This document shows positions 1 through 8,290 of a DNA stretch of 64,000 nucleotides, one piece after another; the stretch's first letter is position 1, and the number at the start of each line of letters is the position of its first letter. The notes beneath the pieces are model-generated. The model was not told the DNA's origin and did not search any database. It saw only the letters and a program-made list of their open reading frames with translations. The position numbers and the translations under genes are program-made. Source of the stretch: Candidatus Falkowbacteria bacterium (lineage in GTDB: Bacteria > Patescibacteriota > Patescibacteriia > CAIXNZ01); NCBI GenBank assembly GCA_963774955.1, contig CAVZGV010000004.1:296716-360715 (forward strand), read 5' to 3'.

Positions 1-486
1 GCCGATAATTCTGTAGATTTGGTTGCTTTTGGTAAAAATTAATAAAATGTTGATACCAGTTCTGTAAGATTTTTTCTTCTTCATTGTAAGGATTTGCAGT
101 GAATTTCAAAAAAGGCAGAATTTGAGGCCAGTCAGTATTTTGCCACCAGTGTAAGTCTTCCACTAATTTAGCTCCGGTTAGTTGGGTCCAAACTTTTACA
201 TCTTCGGCATCTGCTGGAACCCATGATCGATTGAGTATAAGCTGGTCTAGATGATGTAGTCCCAATTTGTCATACCAAAGATGTACTTGCCATCCCTTAA
301 TAAAAGCATCATCTAAAGATGAAATTAGCCCGGGTGCTATTCTTGTATGGGTCAATTTTCGTTCAAGTCCGGTCAAATATCTTGAATCAGGGTAAATAGT
401 TCCTGACAAGTATCTGGTTAAGTCGCGGGCCTTAACTAGTTCTTTAACACGGAGGGCGAATTGTAAATGGGAGGCTTGAAATGACA
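1..486 (-). CDS. hypothetical protein, N-terminal part; ORF runs off the window edge
   Basis: ATG at 486-484 on the minus strand. My manual translation (MSFQASHLQFALRVKELVKARDLTRYLSG...HLWYDKLGLHHLDQ...) shows no stop before position 1. No family recognised. Confidence 0.4.
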
Positions 487-515
487 TAAGTTATAGAGCT
501 ATTAGCCATTAGCAA

Positions 516-1001
516 TTAGCTATTAGCCAATACTTCGTGTTTTAAATAATTATTATTTTCATCAAAGAAAAATCTATATTTTATTTTTTGGCCGGCCAAA
601 GCGTCCAAGAGCCAGTATTTATCATCAGGCCACATTTGGTCCAAGGGGATTTTATCAATTTCCCACCATTGGGGCCGGCATTCATCAGATTCCTGCATTT
701 TTCCAGAAAAGTCTTTGGTTAAAAAGATATGGCAGACTTGGTTATTTTCAGGCTTATGCGGCCAGATAAATTCAATGTAACCCAGGTTATTTAAATTAAC
801 CGGTTTATAGCCGGTTTCTTCTTCAACTTCGCGCCTGGCCGCCTGTTCCGGATTTTCACCTGGTTTAACTTTGCCTCCCGGGCCGTTCCAGCGGCCAGCG
901 CCAAAACCTTTTTTCTTCATAATTAAAAGCACCTGGCCTTGATCATTAAGTAAGTAACATAAATTAGTTGTATAATTAAAGGTGTAGTGCATATTTGGCA
1001 A
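516..1001 (-). CDS. NUDIX hydrolase
   Basis: Nudix box GKVKPGENPEQAARREVEEETG (GX5EX7REVXEEXG pattern), 161 aa. Confidence 0.8.
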   Translation of the reverse strand: MPNMHYTFNYTTNLCYLLNDQGQVLLIMKKKGFGAGRWNGPGGKVKPGENPEQAARREVEEETGYKPVNLNNLGYIEFIWPHKPENNQVCHIFLTKDFSGKMQESDECRPQWWEIDKIPLDQMWPDDKYWLLDALAGQKIKYRFFFDENNNYLKHEVLANS

Positions 1002-1059
1002 AAGGTTAATTTAGGTATATCATAATATGAATTTCATTAATTGAAAAGGAGGTACGGCT

Positions 1060-1254
1060 ATGGCTAATGCGGGCGAAAAATTGGTGGCAGTGGAATTAGA
1101 GACATTATCCGATGCTGAATTAAAATTAAGGCAGGTATATAGGCAAGCGCAGCAACGGGAATATCCTCGTTGTAGAGTCTTGCTGGAAATAGTCGAGGCC
1201 GATTTAAATGCGATTTCTCTAGAGGCTCAAAAGCGCAACATAGTTCTTTCCTGA
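1060..1254 (+). CDS. small hypothetical protein (64 aa)
   Basis: SD AAAGGAGG 8 nt upstream of the ATG; followed by an intrinsic terminator. Confidence 0.45.
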   Translation: MANAGEKLVAVELETLSDAELKLRQVYRQAQQREYPRCRVLLEIVEADLNAISLEAQKRNIVLS

Positions 1255-1263
1255 ATCATGATC

Positions 1264-1295
1264 AGGAGTCCCGCCCAAGGGGACTCTTTTTATTT
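1264..1295 (+). terminator. rho-independent terminator
   Basis: ggagtcccc / ggggactc stem followed by tttttattt. Confidence 0.6.
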
Positions 1296-1409
1296 ATGTC
1301 ATATAATTTAGCAAACAGCAAATGATTGACAATCATCTAACTTTATGATATATTTATATGTTTGAAGGTAGTTCTTTCGGAACTTAATTTCAAATTCAGG
1401 AGGTAGCTT

Positions 1410-2237
1410 ATGATTAATCAGGCCCGGCTTAAAGAGTTAGAAAGATTGGTTCCCTCTAAGTTTGCCGCAATTGTTTTTGACATTGACGGCACCCTGACTT
1501 ACAACCTGAAAAATTGTCCGGCGGTTCTGGAATCAATGATTCGTCTGGTCAGTCTGAATCTGGTCCAGGTAGTTTTGATAACCGGCCGCCGCAATAAGAC
1601 TGCCGCTATATTTTACGATGAAATCGTAAAATCACCATTGGTTCCCCGGAATGCTCTAAAGAAATTGGATATTTATGTGTCCAATGGCTGTATGGGTTTT
1701 AATGCCTATTCCGGCGTTAGTAACCCTTATTACCTGATTCAGTTTGATGAGCTAGTCATTGCCCAGATCTGGAAATATCTCGCTCAGGATGAGTTTCAAA
1801 ACCGGCCGGAGTTTTTCCTAGAGCTGGTTGAAGATCGCAATAAATTCATCATCAGAGATCTACAGGTTGCACCTCAAAGTTTCTTCTGGGCTTTGCAAAA
1901 AAAAGTTTCTCATGATTTGAAGCGGCTGGGGCTGAAAGTAGAAGTCAAATATTCAGGCAATGCCATCGATATCACCCCTGAAGGTTATCATAAGGGTTTT
2001 GCCCTGGATCATCTGATGAAGCGGCTGCAGCTGACTGATGAACAAATAATTAAGGTCGGGGATAAAGGCGGTCAGGGCGGTAACGACTTCGAGTTGTTAT
2101 GCGGTCGTCACAGTTTCAGTGTCGATCAGTCCGATCCCGATAATCCTAATCAGGTCAATGTCTCAAAACTTTTAGACGAAAAATGTCCCGATGTAACCAA
2201 ATATCTAATTGATATTTTCGTCAAGAAGCTGAGCTAA
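1410..2237 (+). CDS. HAD-superfamily hydrolase (Cof / sucrose-phosphatase-like, subfamily IIB-like)
   Basis: Motif I FDIDGTLT; motif IV GDKGGQGGND; SD AGGAGG; terminator hairpin 2248-2285. Confidence 0.75.
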   Translation: MINQARLKELERLVPSKFAAIVFDIDGTLTYNLKNCPAVLESMIRLVSLNLVQVVLITGRRNKTAAIFYDEIVKSPLVPRNALKKLDIYVSNGCMGFNAYSGVSNPYYLIQFDELVIAQIWKYLAQDEFQNRPEFFLELVEDRNKFIIRDLQVAPQSFFWALQKKVSHDLKRLGLKVEVKYSGNAIDITPEGYHKGFALDHLMKRLQLTDEQIIKVGDKGGQGGNDFELLCGRHSFSVDQSDPDNPNQVNVSKLLDEKCPDVTKYLIDIFVKKLS

Positions 2238-2432
2238 AAAAAATAAAATCGTCCCTCTGTAAACCAGAGAGACGATTTTTTATTTTAGCTGTATTTTTTG
2301 CCTCTGCCTGATGCTTTTTCACGCCATTTCAATTTTGGGCATTTAATACCAGTGGAAATTTTTTTGCCTTTAGCCATATGTTTATATAGGTTATTTGAAC
2401 CACGAAATTAATACGTAAAAACTCCGGGTTAT

Positions 2433-2846
2433 TTATTGATTAATTTTATTTAAATCGTTGTTAATGATGGTGGGTTGGGATAACTTGACCTCCAGGCTGT
2501 ATCTTAGAATTTTTTCATCGGGTAGGTCATTTAAGATAAATATTTTTTTATCCAAGTATCTAGCCACGGCAATTTCCATTAAGGACGAACCTCCGATGTA
2601 ACCGGCAATGTTGTTTTTAGGGAAATTTAAAACTAAAATAGCATCACTGGCTTGAATTTTTTTAAAATGATCTCGCATGACATCATTAGCCAGGCAAAAT
2701 TCCAGATCTTCATTAAGACCATCCTGGGTCGTACATTGTTGGGTGGTGATCGGAATTTCAACTTCGTGCCCCTGGCTTTCAAGTTGTTTTTGGATGTCCA
2801 GCATTTCTTTGGCAAAAGCCATACTGCCGCAAATTGTGATTTTCAT
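2433..2846 (-). CDS. nucleoside 2-deoxyribosyltransferase-like protein (flavodoxin-like fold)
   Basis: MKITICGSMAF... and ...ASDAILVLNF...GYIGGSSLMEIAVARYLDKKIFIL resemble the PF05014 pattern. Weak. Confidence 0.4.
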   Translation of the reverse strand: MKITICGSMAFAKEMLDIQKQLESQGHEVEIPITTQQCTTQDGLNEDLEFCLANDVMRDHFKKIQASDAILVLNFPKNNIAGYIGGSSLMEIAVARYLDKKIFILNDLPDEKILRYSLEVKLSQPTIINNDLNKINQ

Positions 2847-2889
2847 ATTGTTACGAATCTACGAATTAGCTACAAATCTACTAAGTATA

Positions 2890-3639
2890 TTAATTTTTGA
2901 TTGCTTTTAGAATGAATGATATGGGGCAATCAGCATCATCTTTGAAGCGAGGAGCGGATTGTAATAGTTTCTTATTGATTTGCGGCTCGTAAATTTGTTC
3001 CAGATTAAAGCCTGTGTCCTTCAGGGCTTTTGTATAATCTGCAATTGTTCGGTTGTAATGCGGAGCTTTGATTATTTTGTGTGTTTCCAGCCCCAGAATA
3101 AAATTGCTTTTTCGGCTATCAAAATAATCTCTGGGTGGAATAATTTTTCTGGATTTTTGGCCGGTCAGTTTGGCTTGCAGATATTTTTTAAAGGTAAAGG
3201 CCGGGTGAACAATAGCAATTATGTAGACTCCATTTTTTTTAAGCAAACGATAGGTTTCTTGAATTGCCAGTTGAAAGTTCTGAATTTCTGATAAAACCAT
3301 GCTGGAAGTGACAATGCCAATCGAGTTAGATTTAAGCTTGATTTTTTTATTCAAATCAGCTTGAAAAAATTTTAATTTGCTGTTGCAACTTGGCAGATTG
3401 TTTTTCGCGCATTGCAGATTACCCTGAAAATAATCTAATAAGATTAATTCTTTAGGCTGAGAGCGAGCCATTTTTTTGGCTAAATGGCCATTACCGCAGC
3501 CCTGCTCTAAAATGATTTTATTTTTAACAGGCTGACACAGCTTTAAAATTAGGGGGTCAATTACAAATTTCTTATAAGGCTCCCCTTGACCCTGATTCCT
3601 TCGATTCCAAATTATGGCTTTGTGATCTTTTATTTCCAT
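2890..3639 (-). CDS. class I SAM-dependent methyltransferase
   Basis: Motif I LEQGCGNGHLA; 249 aa. Confidence 0.7.
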   Translation of the reverse strand: MEIKDHKAIIWNRRNQGQGEPYKKFVIDPLILKLCQPVKNKIILEQGCGNGHLAKKMARSQPKELILLDYFQGNLQCAKNNLPSCNSKLKFFQADLNKKIKLKSNSIGIVTSSMVLSEIQNFQLAIQETYRLLKKNGVYIIAIVHPAFTFKKYLQAKLTGQKSRKIIPPRDYFDSRKSNFILGLETHKIIKAPHYNRTIADYTKALKDTGFNLEQIYEPQINKKLLQSAPRFKDDADCPISFILKAIKN

Positions 3640-3640
3640 G

Positions 3641-3713
3641 TGACCCGGCCGGGGCTCGAACCCGGGACCCGCTGCTTAAGAGGCAGCTGCTCTACCAACT
3701 GAGCTACCGAGTC
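3641..3713 (-). tRNA. tRNA-Lys(CTT)
   Basis: Reverse complement reads GACTCGGTAGCTCAGTTGGTAGAGCAGCTGCCTCTTAAGCAGCGGGTCCCGGGTTCGAGCCCCGGCCGGGTCA. It has a 7 bp acceptor stem, a T-arm GGTTCGAGCC and anticodon loop CTCTTAA. No encoded CCA. Confidence 0.85.
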
Positions 3714-4007
3714 GTGTTGTGTTTTAAGTTACTCTTTCAATTTAAATTACTAGCGAAGTTGGTAGGCCGACCCTTCCAACCTTCTATTTTGCAACTGCCC
3801 GCCCGCCATAGCACGAAGTGCGAAGTCGGGAGCTACCGAGTCCAGATAAAAGTATACGTATTAGCATCATTAAACATTTTAAGACTACCCTAAGATATAA
3901 AAATGTTTTAAAAGTGTTATCACCTAAACTTTTATCTGGACGAGTCATAGCACACGGCAGGATTTGCCCGCCATGGGCGGGTCCGCCTCTGGCGGAAACC
4001 CACTTTA

Positions 4008-4082
4008 TGCACGCGGCAGGATTTGAACCCACGACCCCCTGGTCCGAAGCCAGGTGCTCTATCCAGCTGAGCTACGCGTGCC
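4008..4082 (-). tRNA. tRNA-Arg(TCG)
   Basis: Reverse complement reads GGCACGCGTAGCTCAGCTGGATAGAGCACCTGGCTTCGGACCAGGGGGTCGTGGGTTCAAATCCTGCCGCGTGCA. Anticodon loop CTTCGGA. Confidence 0.85.
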
Positions 4083-4255
4083 TCTAATAATTTAAAACTA
4101 ATAACTCAAAAGTCAAAAGTTCGTAATCATTTTAAATTTAAAAGCTCTAAGCTCAAAGCTCCGAGCAAAGAGCTTAATCTTATCTTAGCAGAATTTCATT
4201 ATTTAGTCAATGTTAAGAACTCGCCATTTATTGGCGATTTTGTTATAATTATCGC

Positions 4256-4795
4256 ATGATTATACTTCAAGCCTTGTATTTCCTTTTGCCGGCTTATTGC
4301 GCCAATATGGCGCCGGTTTTTGCAGCTAAGATTTTTGGTAATAAATATAGTACACCGCTTGATTTTGGCTATCAGTATCAGGGTAAGGATCTTTTAGGTA
4401 AAAACAAGACTTGGCGGGGGTTATTTTCCGGGATCATTGTTGGCATTTTTATAGTATCTCTGCAGGGATATTTATATCAGTTCGGATTTTTTAAAAAAAT
4501 CAGTATTATTAATTATGAAGCCATTGAGGCCATGGTCTACGGATTTTTATTCGGTTTTGGGGTCATCTTGGCTGATGCTATTAAAAGTTATTTTAAAAGA
4601 AGAAAAAACCTGAAGCCGGGTGCCAGGTGGTTTCCCTGGGATCAGCTGGATTTTGTCGGCGGTTTGATACTTATCTTGTTTGTTTTTTTACCGCCCTGGT
4701 ATATTTTTGTTTTAGGTTTAGTTATTTCTCCATTTTTACCCTTAGCCGCTAATTGGCTCGGATATAAATTAAAAATTAAAAAAGTAGCCTGGTAA
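4256..4795 (+). CDS. CDP-archaeol synthase (CarS, DUF46)-like CTP-transferase membrane protein
   Basis: 179 aa, multi-TM, GKNKTWRG motif typical of the CarS family. The -10 box TATAAT ends about 7 nt before the ATG, suggesting a leaderless mRNA. Confidence 0.5.
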   Translation: MIILQALYFLLPAYCANMAPVFAAKIFGNKYSTPLDFGYQYQGKDLLGKNKTWRGLFSGIIVGIFIVSLQGYLYQFGFFKKISIINYEAIEAMVYGFLFGFGVILADAIKSYFKRRKNLKPGARWFPWDQLDFVGGLILILFVFLPPWYIFVLGLVISPFLPLAANWLGYKLKIKKVAW

Positions 4796-4796
4796 T

Positions 4797-5420
4797 ATGA
4801 TTTTAGCAGCCTGGTATGAAAAATATAAAAAGTTTTCCATTAGTTTTCGGGCTCAATACTTTAAGCCCGTTTTAAAATTACTGGCTGGTTTGAAAATTAC
4901 TCCCAACCAAATTACGACTTTCCGTCTTATCTTTATTTTGCCAATAGTCTATTACTTTGCCACGGAAAATTTATGGGGGGTTTTTGTTTTTTATCTTCTG
5001 TTTTGGCTGTTTGATCTTGTTGACGGCGCTCTGGCTCGATATTTAAATCAAACCAATGACAAGGGCCGGTTTTTGGATACGTTGGTTGATAACTTTATGT
5101 ACGGAGTTTTAATGGTCGGCCTGATTCATTTACAGGTTGCCTGGATATCACTTTTGGCTATAAATATTGTTTTAGAATATATTGTCCAAATTCTGGCCAT
5201 GATTGTCCGTCAGCCTGAAATTAAAAGTGATTGGCTTTTTAAGGCCGAAGCCAACTTGCCTTATTTTAAATCAGTCAGTCATCTTGGCTTGTTTATGTAT
5301 CTGTTCGGTCTGAATTTTTTAAATTTTATTTATTATTTTTTAAATCTGGCCTTGCTCGGTTTGGCCGGATATTTTTATCTGCAGCTTAAAAATAAAGATT
5401 TAAATATTAACTCCAAGTAA
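4797..5420 (+). CDS. CDP-alcohol phosphatidyltransferase family protein
   Basis: Signature DGALARYLNQTNDKGRFLDTLVD matches D-G-x2-A-R-x8-G-x3-D-x3-D. Multi-TM. Translationally coupled to the upstream gene (TAATATG). Confidence 0.8.
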   Translation: MILAAWYEKYKKFSISFRAQYFKPVLKLLAGLKITPNQITTFRLIFILPIVYYFATENLWGVFVFYLLFWLFDLVDGALARYLNQTNDKGRFLDTLVDNFMYGVLMVGLIHLQVAWISLLAINIVLEYIVQILAMIVRQPEIKSDWLFKAEANLPYFKSVSHLGLFMYLFGLNFLNFIYYFLNLALLGLAGYFYLQLKNKDLNINSK

Positions 5421-5984
5421 ATGCTGGTTATTAGCATAGTCACTTTAATTAAATTATTTTTACTTCTTTTGGCCTTTCTGCTTTTAGGAACTGTCGGCTT
5501 TATTATGGGCAGTTTCCGAAACAAAGTGCCTTTTGTGCCCACGCCCAGGAGAATTATCAGAATTATGGTGGCCATGGCTGGTATTTTGCCCAATGAGAGA
5601 ATTTGCGATTTGGGGTCAGGGACCGGCAGGATACTTTTTTCAGTGGTTAGAAAAAACAAGCAAAATTTAGTGGTAGGCTTTGAAAAATCTTTTACTTTAA
5701 GGCTGGTCAGTAAGTTTTGGCTGGCTATACGGCCATGGCTGAAAAAAAGAGTCCGGATAGTTAATGCGAATTTTTTCAATCTTGACCTTTTTGAGTACGA
5801 CGTTATTTTTTGTTTTTTAACACCTGACGCCATGAGAATCTTAGCCCCGAAATTCCAGACTCTCAAGCCGGGCAGCCGTTTAATTTCCTATATGTTTCCT
5901 CTGGAAGAAACGCAGAATTTTCAGGAAGTCATAGAACATGTGGGCGATAAAGATAGCATTTACTATTATAAGAAGGTCTCATAA
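5421..5984 (+). CDS. SAM-dependent methyltransferase with N-terminal TM helix
   Basis: Motif I ICDLGSGTGRILF. Abuts the preceding stop (TAAATG). Confidence 0.65.
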   Translation: MLVISIVTLIKLFLLLLAFLLLGTVGFIMGSFRNKVPFVPTPRRIIRIMVAMAGILPNERICDLGSGTGRILFSVVRKNKQNLVVGFEKSFTLRLVSKFWLAIRPWLKKRVRIVNANFFNLDLFEYDVIFCFLTPDAMRILAPKFQTLKPGSRLISYMFPLEETQNFQEVIEHVGDKDSIYYYKKVS

Positions 5985-6075
5985 TAAATAAAGAATGAAG
6001 TCGGCTATATACTAATAACTAATAACTTATAACTAAGAACTAAAAACTTAGGAAGATTAATTTAATAGAATTAAT

Positions 6076-6855
6076 ATGCTAGTCAAACAATTACAACAAA
6101 TCGGCTTGACCGAAAAAGAGGCCAAAGTTTATGTCGGGGTCTTGGAGCTGGGGGAGGCGACTGCCCAAGAGGTGGCCCAAAAGACCGGCTTAAACCGGGC
6201 CACAACATATGTAACCTTGGAGTCTCTGCTGGCACAGCATCTGGTTAATCGGGTCGACAAACAGAAAAAAACTCTTTTTACCATTGAGCATCCTTTGCAG
6301 ATTTTGGATTTGTTGCATAAAGAAAAACAGGACGTGGAAATCCGCATTAATCTGGCCAAGGCCTTAATGCCTGAACTGGAAATGCTGGAAAAAGTAACCG
6401 GCGAAAGCGCCAAAGTCAGATTTTTTGAAGGTAAAGAAGGCCTTATGATGATGCAAAAAGATTTTGTGCGCAGTAATCCAAAATTTACAGATGAGATTTT
6501 TAATTTAAATCTTGCTTTAAAGCATTTTCCCGTTTCAGACCATGACCATCGGCAAATTATTAGAAAGAAACAAAAAGCCGGTAGAATGTTATTAATATAT
6601 AATCCCAAAATTCCAATTCCTTATTTTCCGCCATTCCCTGGAAAGGAGTTAAGATATTTACCTGAAAATAAAAATTTATTTCAAGCAGATATTGTTTTTT
6701 ATAATGATAAAGCAGCCATTTGTTCAGTTGAGGGTAAATTAATGGGTATTATCTTACAAAATAGAGCTATTATAGATGGTTTGAGATTTTTATTTGAATT
6801 GGCTTGGCAGGGTTCAGAAAAATACATGAAAGTTTCGGAAAATAAAAAACCCTAA
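6076..6855 (+). CDS. TrmB-family HTH transcriptional regulator
   Basis: N-terminal LTEKEAKVYVGVLELGEATAQEVAQKTGLNRATTYVTLESL is a TrmB-type wHTH. Confidence 0.7.
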   Translation: MLVKQLQQIGLTEKEAKVYVGVLELGEATAQEVAQKTGLNRATTYVTLESLLAQHLVNRVDKQKKTLFTIEHPLQILDLLHKEKQDVEIRINLAKALMPELEMLEKVTGESAKVRFFEGKEGLMMMQKDFVRSNPKFTDEIFNLNLALKHFPVSDHDHRQIIRKKQKAGRMLLIYNPKIPIPYFPPFPGKELRYLPENKNLFQADIVFYNDKAAICSVEGKLMGIILQNRAIIDGLRFLFELAWQGSEKYMKVSENKKP

Positions 6856-7514
6856 TATGGGGACATATTAAGGTTTTAGGAAGGCGCCAAAGTGTTTTGG
6901 CTCCTTTTATTTTCGCAATTATCAAAGCCGGCAATGACCAGCTCAGTTCGCTGTCAGGAAGAGATTCGTGGTAGCGAATGATAGGAGAAATAGGTTCCAA
7001 TAATTTTCCAGGGGTAAGCACATCCCTATAAAATTATTTGGACTGATTATAGCCTAGCGGCTTGGTTAAGCTTTCGGACTAAAAAGACATAATTCTGGCA
7101 AATATCCAGCATGTTCGCTGATGTCGGTGTGCTTCATCTTTGTGCGCAGGCTGAATTCATAAATATCCTGATTCTGTCCTGAAAAAGTTTTTTGATTCTG
7201 GCAGAAATTCAGTTGTCATACAATGGTAGCTAACCGCCACCAGGACAATGCGCAATCGGGCGTAAGAGCCAGCGTTTAAAAACATTAACGCTGTCTAAGT
7301 TATTAATCAACTTTCCCCTGAGAGCCATGGCTATAACTCTGATCTTTTCCTACATAGGAAAAGGGTTATAGATCGACATCGGCCCTGTTGTTGACTAATC
7401 ATTTTTTTTCTCCTTTCACTGTTTGATTTCATGTTAATGAACGATCAGGTTGATACTTATAGTATAGCAAATATTTGTCAAATTTAGATGTGGATAAAAG
7501 CGCCCTGGATATCT

Positions 7515-7546
7515 CTTTGTCAGTCAGCGGTTAATTTGCTATAATA
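7515..7546 (+). promoter_or_regulatory. sigma70-like promoter upstream of hsp20 (TTGTCA ... TGCTATAAT)
   Basis: -35 TTGTCA and extended -10 TGCTATAAT. The spacer is about 19 nt, slightly long. Confidence 0.4.
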
Positions 7547-7574
7547 GAATCAGTAAATATAGACATTTTATACT

Positions 7575-8054
7575 ATGGACGAGCAAACGCCCGTGTTTTT
7601 TACGAGTTTCGATGAATTAAAGGACAATTTGGAAAACGGTCATGGCGCTGACCGCTCTCTTTTGAGTTTTGACGGGCAGTCTTTGAAAAACAGGGACCAG
7701 GAAAATTGGTTTAACGAAGATTTTGAGGGAGAATTATCCGTCGATGTTTATCAAAGCGGAAATACTATTATTGTTAAATCCACGATTGCCGGAGTCAAGC
7801 CGGAAGACCTGGAAATTTATGTCCATAATGATTTGTTAACCATCAGAGGTAAAAGGGAAAGTGAAAGTGAAGAGGACGGTTCTGATTATTTTTTTAAAGA
7901 ATGCTACTGGGGCGGTTTTTCCCGCTCAATTATTCTGCCCGTGGAAGTCCAGGTTGATAAGATTGAAGCGACTTTAAAACATGGCATTTTAAAAATTGTG
8001 CTGCCGATTTCTCAAAAATCAAAATTAATTAATGTCCAGGTTCGCCAGGATTAA
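7575..8054 (+). CDS. Hsp20/alpha-crystallin family small heat-shock protein
   Basis: Alpha-crystallin domain (VDVYQSGNTIIVKSTIAGVKPEDLEIYVHNDLLTIRGKRE ... ATLKHGILKIVLP). Confidence 0.85.
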   Translation: MDEQTPVFFTSFDELKDNLENGHGADRSLLSFDGQSLKNRDQENWFNEDFEGELSVDVYQSGNTIIVKSTIAGVKPEDLEIYVHNDLLTIRGKRESESEEDGSDYFFKECYWGGFSRSIILPVEVQVDKIEATLKHGILKIVLPISQKSKLINVQVRQD

Positions 8055-8056
8055 GT

Positions 8057-8290
8057 ATGGCGCAAATATTTGTCACCATTGACCGTTTTGAGGGGGAAAA
8101 GGCTGTCATCATTTTAGATGATACTCAGACCTTGGTTGTAGCTAAAAAAGTTTTACCGCAAAATAGTAAAGAAGGCGATATTATAGAACTCAATTTTTCT
8201 GTTAGTCACTCACAAACAACGGCTGTCCGAAATTCCGCCGCAAAATTATTAAAAAAAATAATAAATCGCCAAGGCCATGAAAATACTTGA
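8057..8290 (+). CDS. DUF3006-like small protein
   Basis: MAQIFVTIDRFEGEKAVIILDD...LPQNSKEGDIIEL pattern. Its end overlaps the vanW-like start by 14 nt. Confidence 0.4.
   Translation: MAQIFVTIDRFEGEKAVIILDDTQTLVVAKKVLPQNSKEGDIIELNFSVSHSQTTAVRNSAAKLLKKIINRQGHENT

Noticed and set aside
2633-2910. Three small ORFs (60-82 aa) antisense/overlapping the 2433..2846 gene
   Set aside because: They are nested in a better-supported ORF and have hydrophobic junk translations.
3784-4087. ORFs 3784..4032 (-) and 3818..4087 (+), 82-89 aa
   Set aside because: They overlap the tRNA-Arg gene and the tRNA-fragment and hairpin region. The translations are low-complexity and there is no SD. Spurious.
7040-7120. 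Possible tRNA-like or SRP/tmRNA-like segment in the long non-coding region (tagcctagcggcttggttaagctttcggactaaaaag)
   Set aside because: I could not fold it into a cloverleaf (GCTT-GGTT-AAGC is a tetraloop hairpin, not a D-arm), and there are no conserved tmRNA or SRP motifs.
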